Below, one piece after another: positions 51,855-63,841 of a stretch of 64,000 nucleotides of DNA. Source of the DNA: Batkoa obscura (Eukaryota); the NCBI GenBank assembly GCA_030770535.1, contig JASVEC010000024.1, positions 62,001-126,000 of the forward strand, in the 5' to 3' direction. A program made the translations under genes and the position numbers. The notes under the pieces were generated by a model. That model was not told the DNA's origin and searched no databases. It saw nothing but the letters and a program-made list of their open reading frames with translations. The number at the start of each line of letters is the position of its first letter. Positions within the stretch are counted from its first letter, which is position 1.

Positions 51855-53204
51855 ATGCATTGTTTGAATATTTTGTTTGTTCCTTTGATTTATTTTATAG
51901 TTAATGTTGTAGGCCAAAGAGGAGGCTGTACTTCTAATTTAGTACGTAGAGAAGTAAGGGAGTTGTCAGATTCAGAATTGCGTGAATTACACACTGCTTT
52001 TAACGATTTAAAAGCAAACGGAGTTTGGGATAGATTTTGTAGGACCCATTTAGATAACGTTCCATTTGCCCACTCGACCCCGTACTTTTTACCATGGCAT
52101 AGAGAATTTATTTATCGATTTGAACAAGAATTGAGAAGGGTTAACCCTAGGGTATCTTTACCATACTGGGATTGGTCGCTTGATTCTCAAGCTCCAGAAA
52201 GAAGTATAATATTTTCATCGAGCTATTTTGGTGGTAGTGGAGGTAGGTGCGTAGATGATGGGCCATATGCAAATTGGATTGGCAGATATCCTAATCGTCA
52301 TTGTCTATTCCGCTCTTTTGATGGTGGAGATAGCATTGGCGCATTTACTTCCCCCGAACAATTAAGAGGTACATTGGGAAGAGCAGACGACTTTGAAGAA
52401 TTTTGGAATCGTATTGAAGGAAATCCACACGGAAATGTTCATAATAATATTGGAGGGGATATGGGTACTATGGGTAGTTGTAACGACCCATTGTTTTATT
52501 TACATCATGCCATGATAGATAAGCTTTGGTACGATTGGCAAAACTTAGATAGAGCAAATGTTAATTCTTTTGGTGGAGCTACACCAGATGGTAATAGAGC
52601 CAGTTTGGATGATGACTTGATTCCCTTCAACAAAGTTGTTGGAGAAGTTATGGATGTACAAGCTAACTACTGCTATACTTATTCTGGAGGAGTTAGACCT
52701 ACAGCACGTAGACCCCCACCAAGACCTAGAACTGCAAGTAGAGGTAGAGGCAGAAGTGCAAGACCAAGACGTAATAGAAGAAGTGAAAAAGAGTGCGAAG
52801 AAGATACTATGTTGCACGCTCAAGCTGATGAAGATGGTGATGATGAAGCTATTACTCCTGGACCATATGATAGAGAGGATTTATATCATCTAAGAACACC
52901 TGCCCCACTTCCAGACAAATACATAGAAATGATGGGGTTAAATAAAACTAGAATCAGAAGCCAAGACGCTGAATTAAAGGCACAGACTGATGAAATGAAT
53001 AAATCTGGTTATATATCAGATGTTGCGATAGGATTAAATGGGTTATTGTACTTTGTGCCAGGAGAAATAATCAAAACAGTGGATCTTTTAGCTACTGGGG
53101 ATGTTATAAGAGATCTACCACAAAATGTTGTTGATTTAGTTACTATACATAAACCCCTAATTAATTCAGGAGACTTGAATGTTGTCAGAAACTTGTTAGC
53201 TTAG
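51855..53204 (+). CDS. Secreted tyrosinase (type-3 copper protein), intronless
   Basis: Signal peptide; CuA H..AHSTPYFLPWHR; LPYWDW; CuB PHGNVH..DPLFYLHHAMIDKLW. Confidence 0.92.
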   Translation: MHCLNILFVPLIYFIVNVVGQRGGCTSNLVRREVRELSDSELRELHTAFNDLKANGVWDRFCRTHLDNVPFAHSTPYFLPWHREFIYRFEQELRRVNPRVSLPYWDWSLDSQAPERSIIFSSSYFGGSGGRCVDDGPYANWIGRYPNRHCLFRSFDGGDSIGAFTSPEQLRGTLGRADDFEEFWNRIEGNPHGNVHNNIGGDMGTMGSCNDPLFYLHHAMIDKLWYDWQNLDRANVNSFGGATPDGNRASLDDDLIPFNKVVGEVMDVQANYCYTYSGGVRPTARRPPPRPRTASRGRGRSARPRRNRRSEKECEEDTMLHAQADEDGDDEAITPGPYDREDLYHLRTPAPLPDKYIEMMGLNKTRIRSQDAELKAQTDEMNKSGYISDVAIGLNGLLYFVPGEIIKTVDLLATGDVIRDLPQNVVDLVTIHKPLINSGDLNVVRNLLA

Positions 53205-53472
53205 ATGTTAGCTTTTAACTGTCTCTTTGGTTTTTCATACTTCATTCAATAGCTTATACATTAATACTCGATTTTAAATAAATTTGATTGCATTTACAAT
53301 ATAATTTCGAGTCATACTTTATAATGTTTTTATTGTTATATTTCCCTTATTAGTAATCATAATTAATGAATTGCATCCTATTTTTAAAAATAATACGCAG
53401 CTTATTCTTGATAAAAGAAAAGTATAAAATAAGACCATTGAACTTTTTTGTACTTATTAGTAATATTAGAAG

Positions 53473-54120
53473 ATGCAAGTAGCAACAAAAGTACCAAGTG
53501 ACTTGATTTTAGAAAGTTCAAGATTGATTTTAAAACCAATAACAATAGCTGATGGAGAAAATCTCAAAAATTTATTCATGGAGGAAGAAGCTATGAAAGA
53601 TTTACCTTGGTTATCTAAACTTCCGAAAGGATGGACTCAAGCAGAAATAGAAGAAAGAATAGCTCAACACATCGAGTTACAAGAAAAAAATAAGAAAATG
53701 AACTTTCATGTTTTCTTAAAAGAAGGCATAGAAGGTAATAAAGAGCCCATTTTTATAGGATGCGGTGGACTTGCTACAGTAGATTTAGGTTCTCATAATG
53801 GTACAGTCGGCATAATTCTCCATTCAAAATACCAAAGAGGAGGATATGGAACTGAGGTTTTATTTCTTGTATTAAAATACTCTTTTGAAGTAATGAATTT
53901 ACACAGGTTAGCATTTGAGACTAGTCCAGGAAATGCTGGGATGAGGGGATGGTTAGAAAATGTTGCTTTATCTAGGTTAGAAAGCATTATAGAAGAGTTA
54001 ATATTTTATAATGATAGCTACTATTCATTGGCCGTTTATCCCTTATTTAGAAGAGACTGGGAATCAAAAACTAAACCAAATATATTGAAAAGAATATCAA
54101 AACATGCCAATATCGAATAA
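53473..54120 (+). CDS. GNAT N-acetyltransferase, RimJ/RimL-like
   Basis: ESSRLILKP, FIGCGG, acetyl-CoA motif A YQRGGYGTE, LHRL. Confidence 0.85.
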   Translation: MQVATKVPSDLILESSRLILKPITIADGENLKNLFMEEEAMKDLPWLSKLPKGWTQAEIEERIAQHIELQEKNKKMNFHVFLKEGIEGNKEPIFIGCGGLATVDLGSHNGTVGIILHSKYQRGGYGTEVLFLVLKYSFEVMNLHRLAFETSPGNAGMRGWLENVALSRLESIIEELIFYNDSYYSLAVYPLFRRDWESKTKPNILKRISKHANIE

Positions 54121-54126
54121 ATAAAT

Positions 54127-54233
54127 ATATGAGGATGTATTTTTATGTTTAAGCCTTTTACGAACAATTCTTCTGCTCAAATAGCGTTTAAAAGATAGAA
54201 AAAGTGATGAAGCCAAAAAAAACATCCCTATAT
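54127..54233 (+). mobile_element. MITE family A copy directly after the GNAT stop codon
   Basis: ATATGAGGATG..ACATCCCTATAT. Confidence 0.8.
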
Positions 54234-54401
54234 AATTTCTCATAAGCTACCAAACCTTCAATTTTTAAGTTAATATGCTAATGTATTGTATTTTAGCTTT
54301 TAATAAAGAATCAAGAAAGTTTACAAAAAGCTATAAAGCATTGTTTAATTATATTTTGTAAAGAACCTGCTGCATTAAAATACTCAAATTATATTTCTAT
54401 T

Positions 54402-57400
54402 TTATTCAAATAACACATTAAATAGCTGAGTTTTGTTAGCTGGGACCAACTCTTGTAGATAACCTTTAAAGGTTTCTTCATTACCCTTTAGCGCTTTTTT
54501 GAGAGTCTCAAGAGCTTTTTTAAGGATGTAGGGCTCCATAAGTTCTTCCGATATGGCCACAATCAAAGCTTTGACAAGTTTGTGTAATGTTACATGGTCT
54601 TTTTGTAAAGATGGAGGGGGATTATCTAAAAGCTCTACAGCTGTATTATACACTATTGTAAATTCAGTTCGATCTTCCCTTATAGGGAGTGCATTGATAA
54701 ATGGCCCACATACCCCATCAAGTGAAATGACGTCACCTTTAAAGGTTATTATTTTTGCTAAAGCAGCTACAGCATTGTCAGTGGCAAAAATATTTTCTGG
54801 AGTCCTTGCAGCTGGATCTTGGATAGCCAAGATTAATTTAGGTAATGCTGAAGCACAACATGGGTTATATTCTGATCCTCCGAACTGAGCCCATAACCCA
54901 ACACCATAAGAAGCAGCTTGTCTAACTTCAACTGCACTGTCAAGAAGCAATTTTATTGTTGATTCAACAAAAGCTCCACCATAAAATCTAGTTGCTACTT
55001 CACCTCCATATTCAACTACGTCATCAAATACTCCTAACGCCCATCTTCTGAGTATAGAACTAGGACAATCCAAGCATTGTAATGCAATACCAGTGATATT
55101 AGCTAACTCCTTAAAAAACTGATACCCATGAATTCTTACTAAGTCATGAAATGTTTTTGATAAATTATTTATGAATTCTTCATCATATCGAATTCCAGTA
55201 ATGTATTCATAATCTAGATCTTCTTCATCAAAATCAGGTTTCATCGCAATGAGAGCATATTGATTTAAGGATTTAATCGAGTTATTAAGATGAGGGATTA
55301 TTTCTTTAGAAAATCTAAGTATATCATTGCTTTTTAAAACCTGCGGTCCTGCAATATCCATAATCTCTGAAAATGTTGACAATAGTAAATTAAAAATAGA
55401 TGGCTCATCCTCTGTTTTTAACTGGCGCATTAAGCACTTAAAGATATCTTTGGAATATTTTAATATTTCATCTTGGTCTAAGTCAGAATCTACCAAACAA
55501 AACAAAAGGTGTGGTGTTGACCTTATAGCAGCAGATCTAGTTTCGGAATGAATGATATAATTTATAAGTGGGGTCATTTCCGGTAAAAGTGATACGGCAT
55601 AATCGGAGAATGCTGACTGCAAAGATTGTGCAAAACAAAGTAGCATTTCAATAGCACCGCTTTTTTCTTCAAGGAGTGAAGTACGTACTCCAACTAATCT
55701 CCCATACGAATCGTTAAATTCCCACCCCTGTTCTTCAGGATACTTTTCTTCAGGATCGTCATCCTTATCTAAAATAACGATTTCGGGTTTCGCTAAAGCC
55801 GATTTTATTAAATCTGGGATTACGCATCCTAGGTATGGTTGAAACTCTTTTCCAAGCAACATAGCCATTCTAGTCCAAGCCTGAAGGAGATAGGATGCTA
55901 ATGGATCATCATTTGATGTAATAGTACTTTGTAGCTGTACAAATAAATTTGCTATATATCCTAAATCTGGGCGAAGGCGCTCTAAACCAACCACTAAAGC
56001 AACTAAGCTGATACATTCAATTGCTTTAGCACGCAAGGTACGAAAATTAGATTCTACAGCTTTTTCAGCAACTTCTACTAAAGCTGGCATTATATCACTA
56101 TAATAGGCTAGGAAATTATCTTCAGAAACATCAGCAATTGAGGCAATTGTTGTCAACGATTGCTCTTTGACATATGGAACACCTCCTTTTAAAGTATTGA
56201 AGAGTTTTTCCAATAGAGGCCTTAAATAAACATTAATTACATTCTTATCTAAAGCTTCAGCAATATTATGTAATGCGGCAGCTGCATGGGCTTGAACTCT
56301 AGGATTAGAAAAATCATCTAGCAGTGGAAACAAAGGTGGAATAATTTTGTCATGGTGTTCTACTGCAAATTCTTCAGGGAAATCTGCGGCTAGCTGACCA
56401 AAAGTATGTGAAGTTGCATAGCGAACACGGGGATGTGAATCATGTAAATGTGGGAGTATAAGTTGTATGATATTCCCCATTTCTCTTCCCATAGTTTTGC
56501 CACATCCCTCACCTATAGCACTTAGTGCTAATACTGCTGCATATCTTTGTTTCCAATCTTCAGACCTAGAGTATTCGATAATAAAGGTTAGTGCAACTGG
56601 GAACAGGTATTTCCCTCCTGTGGCACATGCCAACCTGTCTAACCCATCATATCCAGTCTGATAATTAGATTCCTCTTCGTACTCGTCGATATTAAGGATA
56701 GTATACCATTCTTTATCATTGCTAATACTACTGATCCAATTTAATAATATTGGAACTAATATTTGGGCAATTTCTTTATAATTTCTAGTTTTTGAGCTAG
56801 AGCCTTCTACAATAGTCAAAATAAATTCTAAGGCGGTATGCTTAGGAGCTTAAAAAATTAATAAATAATCAATAATTACAGTATCGCTTACATTCATCTA
56901 AATTTGGATCCTCCATAATAATTGTACAAAACTTCAATATATTTGGTAGATATTTCATTAGCAAATAACTTTTAGTTTCTGCGAGCTCAACAAAACAACT
57001 TAATCCTGCCCAAAGTGAATCTTCATCCTTATTGATATAAATAGGTTCTAATACCTAAAATATTAATACAAATATAGAAAGCTTGATTTTTTTTACTTTA
57101 AACATTTCTGGTAGATAAGGTATAAGTTTGTCGTGTCTTGGTTTTTCAGCATCAATAAGTAAAGCTACAAAAGCTTTGAGTACAACTAAACGAACCTAAT
57201 AATTATATAAATATAATAAAACTAAAAAGTGAAATCATATTACCGAGGAGCCGTCCTTTGGTGAAGTCAAGTTAAATGCTTTACCAATAGCATTCATTTT
57301 AGAATCACTCACAATTGAAGGATAAGAAGATATAATTTTGAAGCCAGATTCCCTTAAAAGTGCAGAAGCCTCATTACAAAGATCAAGGGTTATAATAGGC

Positions 57401-57930
57401 AATTCGACCCAGTTTCCTGGTTGACTTTAATCAACAAAAAATAATTTAAAAAATAAAAATAAAAAAATACTTTCTGAAGTTTCCAAGTAAATATAAAGAT
57501 CACTCACAGCATCACAAAGCCTTAGTCTACAAGTACTATCCTCCTCTGTTTTAAGGGCAGTAATCAAATTATTTTTTACGATTTCTTGTGTTGTTGGGCT
57601 TAATAAACTAAATCTTACGGGGTCCCTATCCGGCTCCTGTTGTTCTAAAGGAGAAGGCAGTACAACTAACCTTCTAAATAATAAAGCAGCAAATCCTCTT
57701 AACTAAATGAAAGAAACTTAATTTGATCCTTTTTTATAAATGAAAATTACTTGAGGATTTTGAACGAACCTTAACACATGGATCAAAGCCATAGTTAAAG
57801 CATCTGGATTGGTTGTAGCAATATTCAATATATCACTTTCGCCTTTGCCTCGCATTTCATTGTCGCTACATTGCAATAGAGTCAATAACTCCAAAAAGGG
57901 CCCTTCTTCGTGCTCTTGGATTAATCCCAT
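54402..57930 (-). CDS. PSE1: Importin-5 / Kap121-like karyopherin beta (introns confined to the 5' part)
   Basis: HEAT repeats with GLDRLA, SAIGEGC, HPRVRYA, PRVQAHAAAAL, LRAKAIECISL, RQAASYGVG, ATDNAVAA. Confidence 0.85.
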
Positions 57931-58184
57931 TTTTTGAGCTTAAAATTATTTTGACAAAGCAGTCGAAATAAAAATTTATTCGAATTTATCCAAATTCATT
58001 CAAGTTATCAAAGTTAAAGAATTTTTTTGTAATCTAAATTGTATATATATAGTATTAATATATATATATCCAAACATAAAACAAGGGTATAAAAGCAGAA
58101 GTAAATATACAATGAAGTCTTTACAATGATTTAAAGAACCATAAATTAGCTATAAATTTTATGAAACTAATTATTTTTGTTAAA

Positions 58185-58286
58185 ATATGAGAATGTATTT
58201 TTGTATCTAATTTTACTAATAAATTTTCCATTCAAAATAGTGCTTGAGAAATGGAAAAAGTGAAGTAAAAAAAAACACTCTCATAT
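58185..58286 (+). mobile_element. MITE family A copy
   Basis: ATATGAGAATG..ACACTCTCATAT. Confidence 0.75.
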
Positions 58287-58433
58287 CAAATATTTTTCAA
58301 ACAACTAATTTCCAAATATTGCTTTATTTCAAGATATGATTATAATTCTTGGGCATAATATCAAAAATACTTTTAAAATAACTTTTATATCTACTATTAT
58401 AAATCCCTATTTTTGAATGTTGCTAAAAACAGT

Positions 58434-58537
58434 ATTTGGGGATGTATTTTTTCGTTTAAGAATTTTACTAAGAATTTTTCTACTCAAATAGCGCTTAAAA
58501 AAATGGAAAAGTAATGGAATAAAAAACATCCTCATTT
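58434..58537 (+). mobile_element. MITE family A copy
   Basis: ATTTGGGGATG..ACATCCTCAT. Confidence 0.8.
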
Positions 58538-60647
58538 GCTTAGTGGAATTTTGACCATTTATTTCCAGTCTTATATGAAATCTAGTACTCAATGATTAGA
58601 GTCAAAAACAGCTATTGCCTGGTTGATTACAATGTAAGTCGAAAGGTCTTAGTTTATGTGACTAAGATAGACTTGAGTTATGAATAATAGCACCCAATAG
58701 GCTATGGACTATATAGGACAAATATAATAGACGATACTACTACAAATCTACGTAAATACTATTAAGGGAATTTAATGGCTTTGTTAAATGTTTAAGATAT
58801 CAGGGAATAATCCAGTTAAAAGGCCTTGAGCTACTATGTTTTAAAATCTCTTTTATACTCTGACAAGTACAAATATCAAAACGGGAAGATAATATTCTTT
58901 GAGATGAAGTTAGAAATTTTCATAGCAAATCAAACTAAGAGCATGGCATTGGTTGTCTCTGAGCTCGAAAACACAACAACTTAACGGATTGTTATGTTAT
59001 AATCAATCATAGAGTTGACAAAGCAGTATTTCATATTTATATTTCAAGTCAACATATATGTTTAGCAGTGACAAAACTAGTACTAATATTAGGCTAATGT
59101 ATAATTAAAATAATATCCTATTAATTTATTAACTACAGTTTGATTGTTATCCTTCTAATTAGCTTATTTGATAAACTTACTAGTCTCTATTATGAATATT
59201 TAAGATAATATTATAAAATAGAGAATAGGGCTTCGTAGAAAATCAAACTGTTGCCAATGCATTAGCTTTAAATTACTATTAGCTGCTTTATTTATTAGTA
59301 TATTTTAATAGTATGTAATGAGTAAATTGAACTATTTTTATTTAAATTACCTTCAAATGATCATGATACAATTAAACTAGGATATAATAGCTCATTTTAA
59401 TCCTTCTTTTCTATTATTTAATTTTTGAATTAAGATCCTTTCACTAGGTTTATAATGTTAAAAGGCTATGAACAATAAATTTAAGAAAGTTACATCATAT
59501 AAATATTATATTTATATTAGAGGCAACTATAATGAAAAGCTTAAATCGTTTTTAGTGGAAAATCTAATTTAAAGACCAAAGTCAATCAAAAATCAAAATA
59601 TAAAGCAGGAATAATTTTTCGGTACTTTATATGCCTTCTGTTTATAAATGCTATTTTTATCCAGTATACTTAGTATTCAAACGTCTCGATTAATAGGCTA
59701 AAAAACTCATCTATATGATAATAGCTAATTTCTTTAGAGTTATTCGTTTTATTTATCAGTCTCAAAACTAGAAAAGATCACATTTGATAGCTTGATCAAA
59801 AAGTTTCAATTTAATTTTAGGTTGATTTCAAGCAGTTTTTTGTTTACAGCTAAAACTAGTGCTATTTTATAAATTGTAAGTTTAAAAATGAACAAACGAT
59901 CGAAAAGAATAATTTATTCCTAAGGGTTCTATTTTTAAGTCAATGTGTTACTGAAAATGAAAAAAGGCTTAAGAGTCCACTGTTTATTATGAATATGGGG
60001 TGCTGTTAAATAGAATATTAAAATTTTACACTTTTAAATGTTTATTTCTTAATATACTATTTTTGTTTCAATGTTTTATATTATATATTTAAAGAGAGGT
60101 TAAATTATGATTATATAAATTGAAATGCTAGATTTGGTACACAAGTTTGCCTAAATAGTATTCTAAACTCTAGTTTTATAGAAGCCTATTTACTATATAC
60201 GTTGCTTCAACTCTCTAAACATTTTATAAAATAAAGCAAAAGTAACTCAGTCCATGTTATATATTTAATGCCATCTCTTATTTGATTTATTATAGTAATA
60301 TAAATATTTACCTAAACATATACTGTTAAATTCAAATTCAAACACCAAAATACATACTGTACACATTTTATTCAAGTAAACTGCATTATTTGTAATAATC
60401 AAATGCAAAAGTTTTATTAAACAAAAATTAAAAGCTGAGTGAAATTATTATTAAACTGCTCATATTATTGATCTTAGTCTACATCTATATATTTCGATAA
60501 TTTATTGAACAAGCAATATGTTAAATATTTATCACTAAATTACAAAATATCCTTATTGAAGGCACCATAAATTACTTAAAATATCAATTATCATTTAGAG
60601 ATGGCGGACTAAAGGTGGTCCAAAGCTGATATCCCCCTCTTCTCCTC

Positions 60648-62240
60648 TCAATTAGCACTCTCAGTGTTATCATTTTCATGTACTAAACTAACATAGCTTC
60701 CTCCTTCTCCTTCTCCTTCTTTTTTCTCTGGCTTATAATTTTTTACTGTTCCTGGTCTTCTACAAACCGGACAGTTGTTGGATCCAGTAGTTAACCACTT
60801 ATCAATACAATCTGTATGGAATGCATGTTGACACTTCAATATTCTAAGTGCATCTTTATCAACATATTCTGTAAGGCATACTTGACACATATTCCCGTTC
60901 AAAATACTTATTCCTTCTTTTAAGAACAAGCTATCCTCAAAGATCACCTCGGTTGTTTGACGCTGGACTTCTGGTAATGTAGTGGTTGGTGGACGTGCAG
61001 GTCCAAGAAGACTAGAGAGTCTTAAAAGATCCTCATACGATGGATTATCGGATAACGCTCCGGTAAGTATGGGATGATTTTCCGGATAATTTGAACCAAC
61101 TACATAGATAATCCAGCTGCGCCTTGCTGGTGGAACAGGACTTGTTTCCCGGTTAGATTCACTTTGCTGTCCTTGAGATACATCATCTTCAGGAGCATTT
61201 ACTGGGGAGCTAACTGCTGCTTGAGCTTGAGCTTGAGCTTGAGCTTCTTGGGTCGCTCTTGTCCTTGAGCGTGTTTGAGGCCCTGAAGTAGGTGGATCCC
61301 TACCCCTTTCACTTTCATTTGGAACACTTCTAATACCGATAATAAGGACAGGCACTGTTCCAACTCTGTTGTTAGTTCCAAATGATGAATTATTAGATTC
61401 AGCTTGACTATTGTTATCATTTGCTGGAGCAGGAGGATTTTCAGGAGCTACGTTAGTTTGCTCATTTGGCACTCCTGGATTAGTAGTTTGCTGATCTGCT
61501 GCTCCAGCTGGCTCATCTGCTGAATGGGACATTCTAAAAACCCTGAATACTGCAGTGGTTCCATCTGAATTGTCTGTTGCTTCTGATATAAGAGACAGTC
61601 TTGGGAAAGGCTCGCTCGAATTTTCATTTTGCTCTTGTAAATGATTTAAAAATGAATCCATAAAGCTTGCTGCACTTCTTGTTGTTTGTGCTTGTTCTTG
61701 GCTTCTTGTAGCCTGTTCCATACTTCTTTGGTGCTCATGAGCTGTTAAGCTTATAGCACTTGCTGCTGCTGCGAGCATTCGGGTAAGTGCGGCATTAGCT
61801 GATGGCAATGCCGCTCTACCGCCAAAGCCGACCTCTTGAGGAAGTGTTTGATTTTCCCGCGTGAAATTGGCGCCATCCATAAGTTGACGAAGAGCTTCGC
61901 TAACCTGGTCGGAGGTTGGAACAACTGGAGGACGAGCAATGGGTGATGTTGGGCCATTCCCCTCATTTCTTAAAGGTCCTCTTTCTAATGCTCTTAATCT
62001 ATTATATGTTTGTCTATTTAAACCTCTTGTACGTATATCATCTAGTATTGAAGTCACGCTAGGATTCCTTTGGTTTCCTGAAGATAAGTATGGATGAGTT
62101 GCGCTTGTTCTGGACCTATCTCTAGAATTATTTCTAGATGGCCTTTGGGGCCCACCTGACCCTTGGTTTGAATCTTGTCTAGAATTTGAATCATTGTTTT
62201 CTTCTTCACGTTCGCCTAAGCCTGAAAAAGTTTGACCCAT
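60648..62240 (-). CDS. RING-H2 E3 ubiquitin ligase with probable N-myristoylation signal
   Basis: MGQTFS start; WIIYVVG..YP.NHP, SYEDLLRLSSLLG; CQVC..CQHAFH..CIDKWL..CPVCR. Confidence 0.88.
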   Translation of the reverse strand: MGQTFSGLGEREEENNDSNSRQDSNQGSGGPQRPSRNNSRDRSRTSATHPYLSSGNQRNPSVTSILDDIRTRGLNRQTYNRLRALERGPLRNEGNGPTSPIARPPVVPTSDQVSEALRQLMDGANFTRENQTLPQEVGFGGRAALPSANAALTRMLAAAASAISLTAHEHQRSMEQATRSQEQAQTTRSAASFMDSFLNHLQEQNENSSEPFPRLSLISEATDNSDGTTAVFRVFRMSHSADEPAGAADQQTTNPGVPNEQTNVAPENPPAPANDNNSQAESNNSSFGTNNRVGTVPVLIIGIRSVPNESERGRDPPTSGPQTRSRTRATQEAQAQAQAQAAVSSPVNAPEDDVSQGQQSESNRETSPVPPARRSWIIYVVGSNYPENHPILTGALSDNPSYEDLLRLSSLLGPARPPTTTLPEVQRQTTEVIFEDSLFLKEGISILNGNMCQVCLTEYVDKDALRILKCQHAFHTDCIDKWLTTGSNNCPVCRRPGTVKNYKPEKKEGEGEGGSYVSLVHENDNTESAN

Positions 62241-63841
62241 AATGAACTTATATGAACTAAAATATGCCTTTTATTAATTTAAATATACACTCGAACGATA
62301 TATAGGTTTATGAAGGATGTAAATTAGTAGCATAGAGGGTAATAAACTCACTTTAAATTTTTATGTGGGGGATTGTATTTAAAAAGTTTATAAAATATAA
62401 TGACTACCATTGTTTAAATACATGCCTTTATGTATCTGATTGGTTTAAGCAATTTTTAAAGTTCAAACCTTCCAATCATATTCATATCTATATCACATTT
62501 ATGCTTTATTGAATCTCATTAAATTATGCCTAAAATAATTTTAGCTGTCATGAATCAAATCAAGCTAAAAATTGTTGCAGCTCTTTTGTGACTTCATTAA
62601 TTTCTCATTTGAAAAATAAACTTATCAAATTCAGTTAAAATACACAAAACCTATGTTTAAAAATTAGCCATACAAATATTTTAATTACAAAAACCACTGC
62701 TAAAAAATTTGAGCAAGAGTTGTATCAGCTGAAAAGTCATATTTCTATAAACCTATTTTGTCTGTGTTTGTAATTTGCTATATAAAAAGCTTGCATCATT
62801 TTAATAAATATCGATTTTTTATGAGAATAGCTAATCTTTTATATTGCTTAGTTAAGAAAATACATAGATAGTAAGATTATTAATAACATATAATTTAAAA
62901 TCCATACATTGATTTTATATTATATTATTAAAACAGATATTTAAGAACGAGTGTTTTAGCAGAAATGGATGAATTTGTTAACGTATATGCTATTAAGATA
63001 TTTGAAAATAAAAGTTGATATTTTAATGAAGAACCATAGTTACTAACTCTTGATTAAAATTTATTTAATCGTTTAGGATGAATAAGCAAGTTACTTTGTC
63101 GTCGAAAATAATTGTTTAGATCAGCTTTAAAAGCAGTACAGTATTAATATATCATATCTAAAAAAACCAAAAGGCTTAGTTGTAATCTCATCTAATGTTT
63201 TTGATTTCAATTACAACAAACCATACGATATTATGTGATAAAATGGTCTTTTTCTTTTATGTATAAAAATAATTTTATTATTTTTTTCATTTCTATTACT
63301 AATACACAATTATCTATTTTCACGAAAATAAAATATTTGGCATACATTTCAATTAAGTGAAGATCTTGATAAAGTGGAAAGATACTTGCAGCATTTTTAA
63401 ATAAAATATAATAACTAAATAGCAATAATACTTATTAAAAAATTCCACTAATAAAAAATAAAGCTATAAGATAAGGTTATTCAATACATATAGTATTATA
63501 AATTTTATAGTATTTTTAAAAATTTTATAATTATTTTAAATTTGAAACATTTTAATTAATTTTAGTTTTATTACTTTTTTATTTTCTTACACAGTTCTTA
63601 AAAGTAAATAAATTAATATAACAACTTTATATATTAATAATTAAATTATTATAATCATATTTATTTTAGTAATTTTTAAATATAAATAAAATAAATAAAA
63701 AATGTAAAGATTATTTATAAATTTTATAAAGTCTATTTAAAGTTTCAAATCAGTATTTAAAATTATATACTATAGGACGTGAAAAATGTTATAAAATTTT
63801 TATCAGTTAAAAAGCTGATTTATCATAATAAACCAAACATT

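Noticed and set aside
9550..58592. Similar short ORFs at 9550, 10832, 48101 and 58407 (..FPSFKxYLSGKI..) that look like a small peptide family
   Set aside because: They are translations of MITE family A copies; starts and stops are not conserved.
58560..59000. Slightly GC-richer intergenic patch that might be a transposase relic
   Set aside because: No recognisable ORF or motif was found in any frame.
45460..61245. (QA)n repeats in both the RasGAP and the RING protein
   Set aside because: Short coding microsatellites with different codons (CAAGCA versus CAAGCT); no sign of a shared origin.
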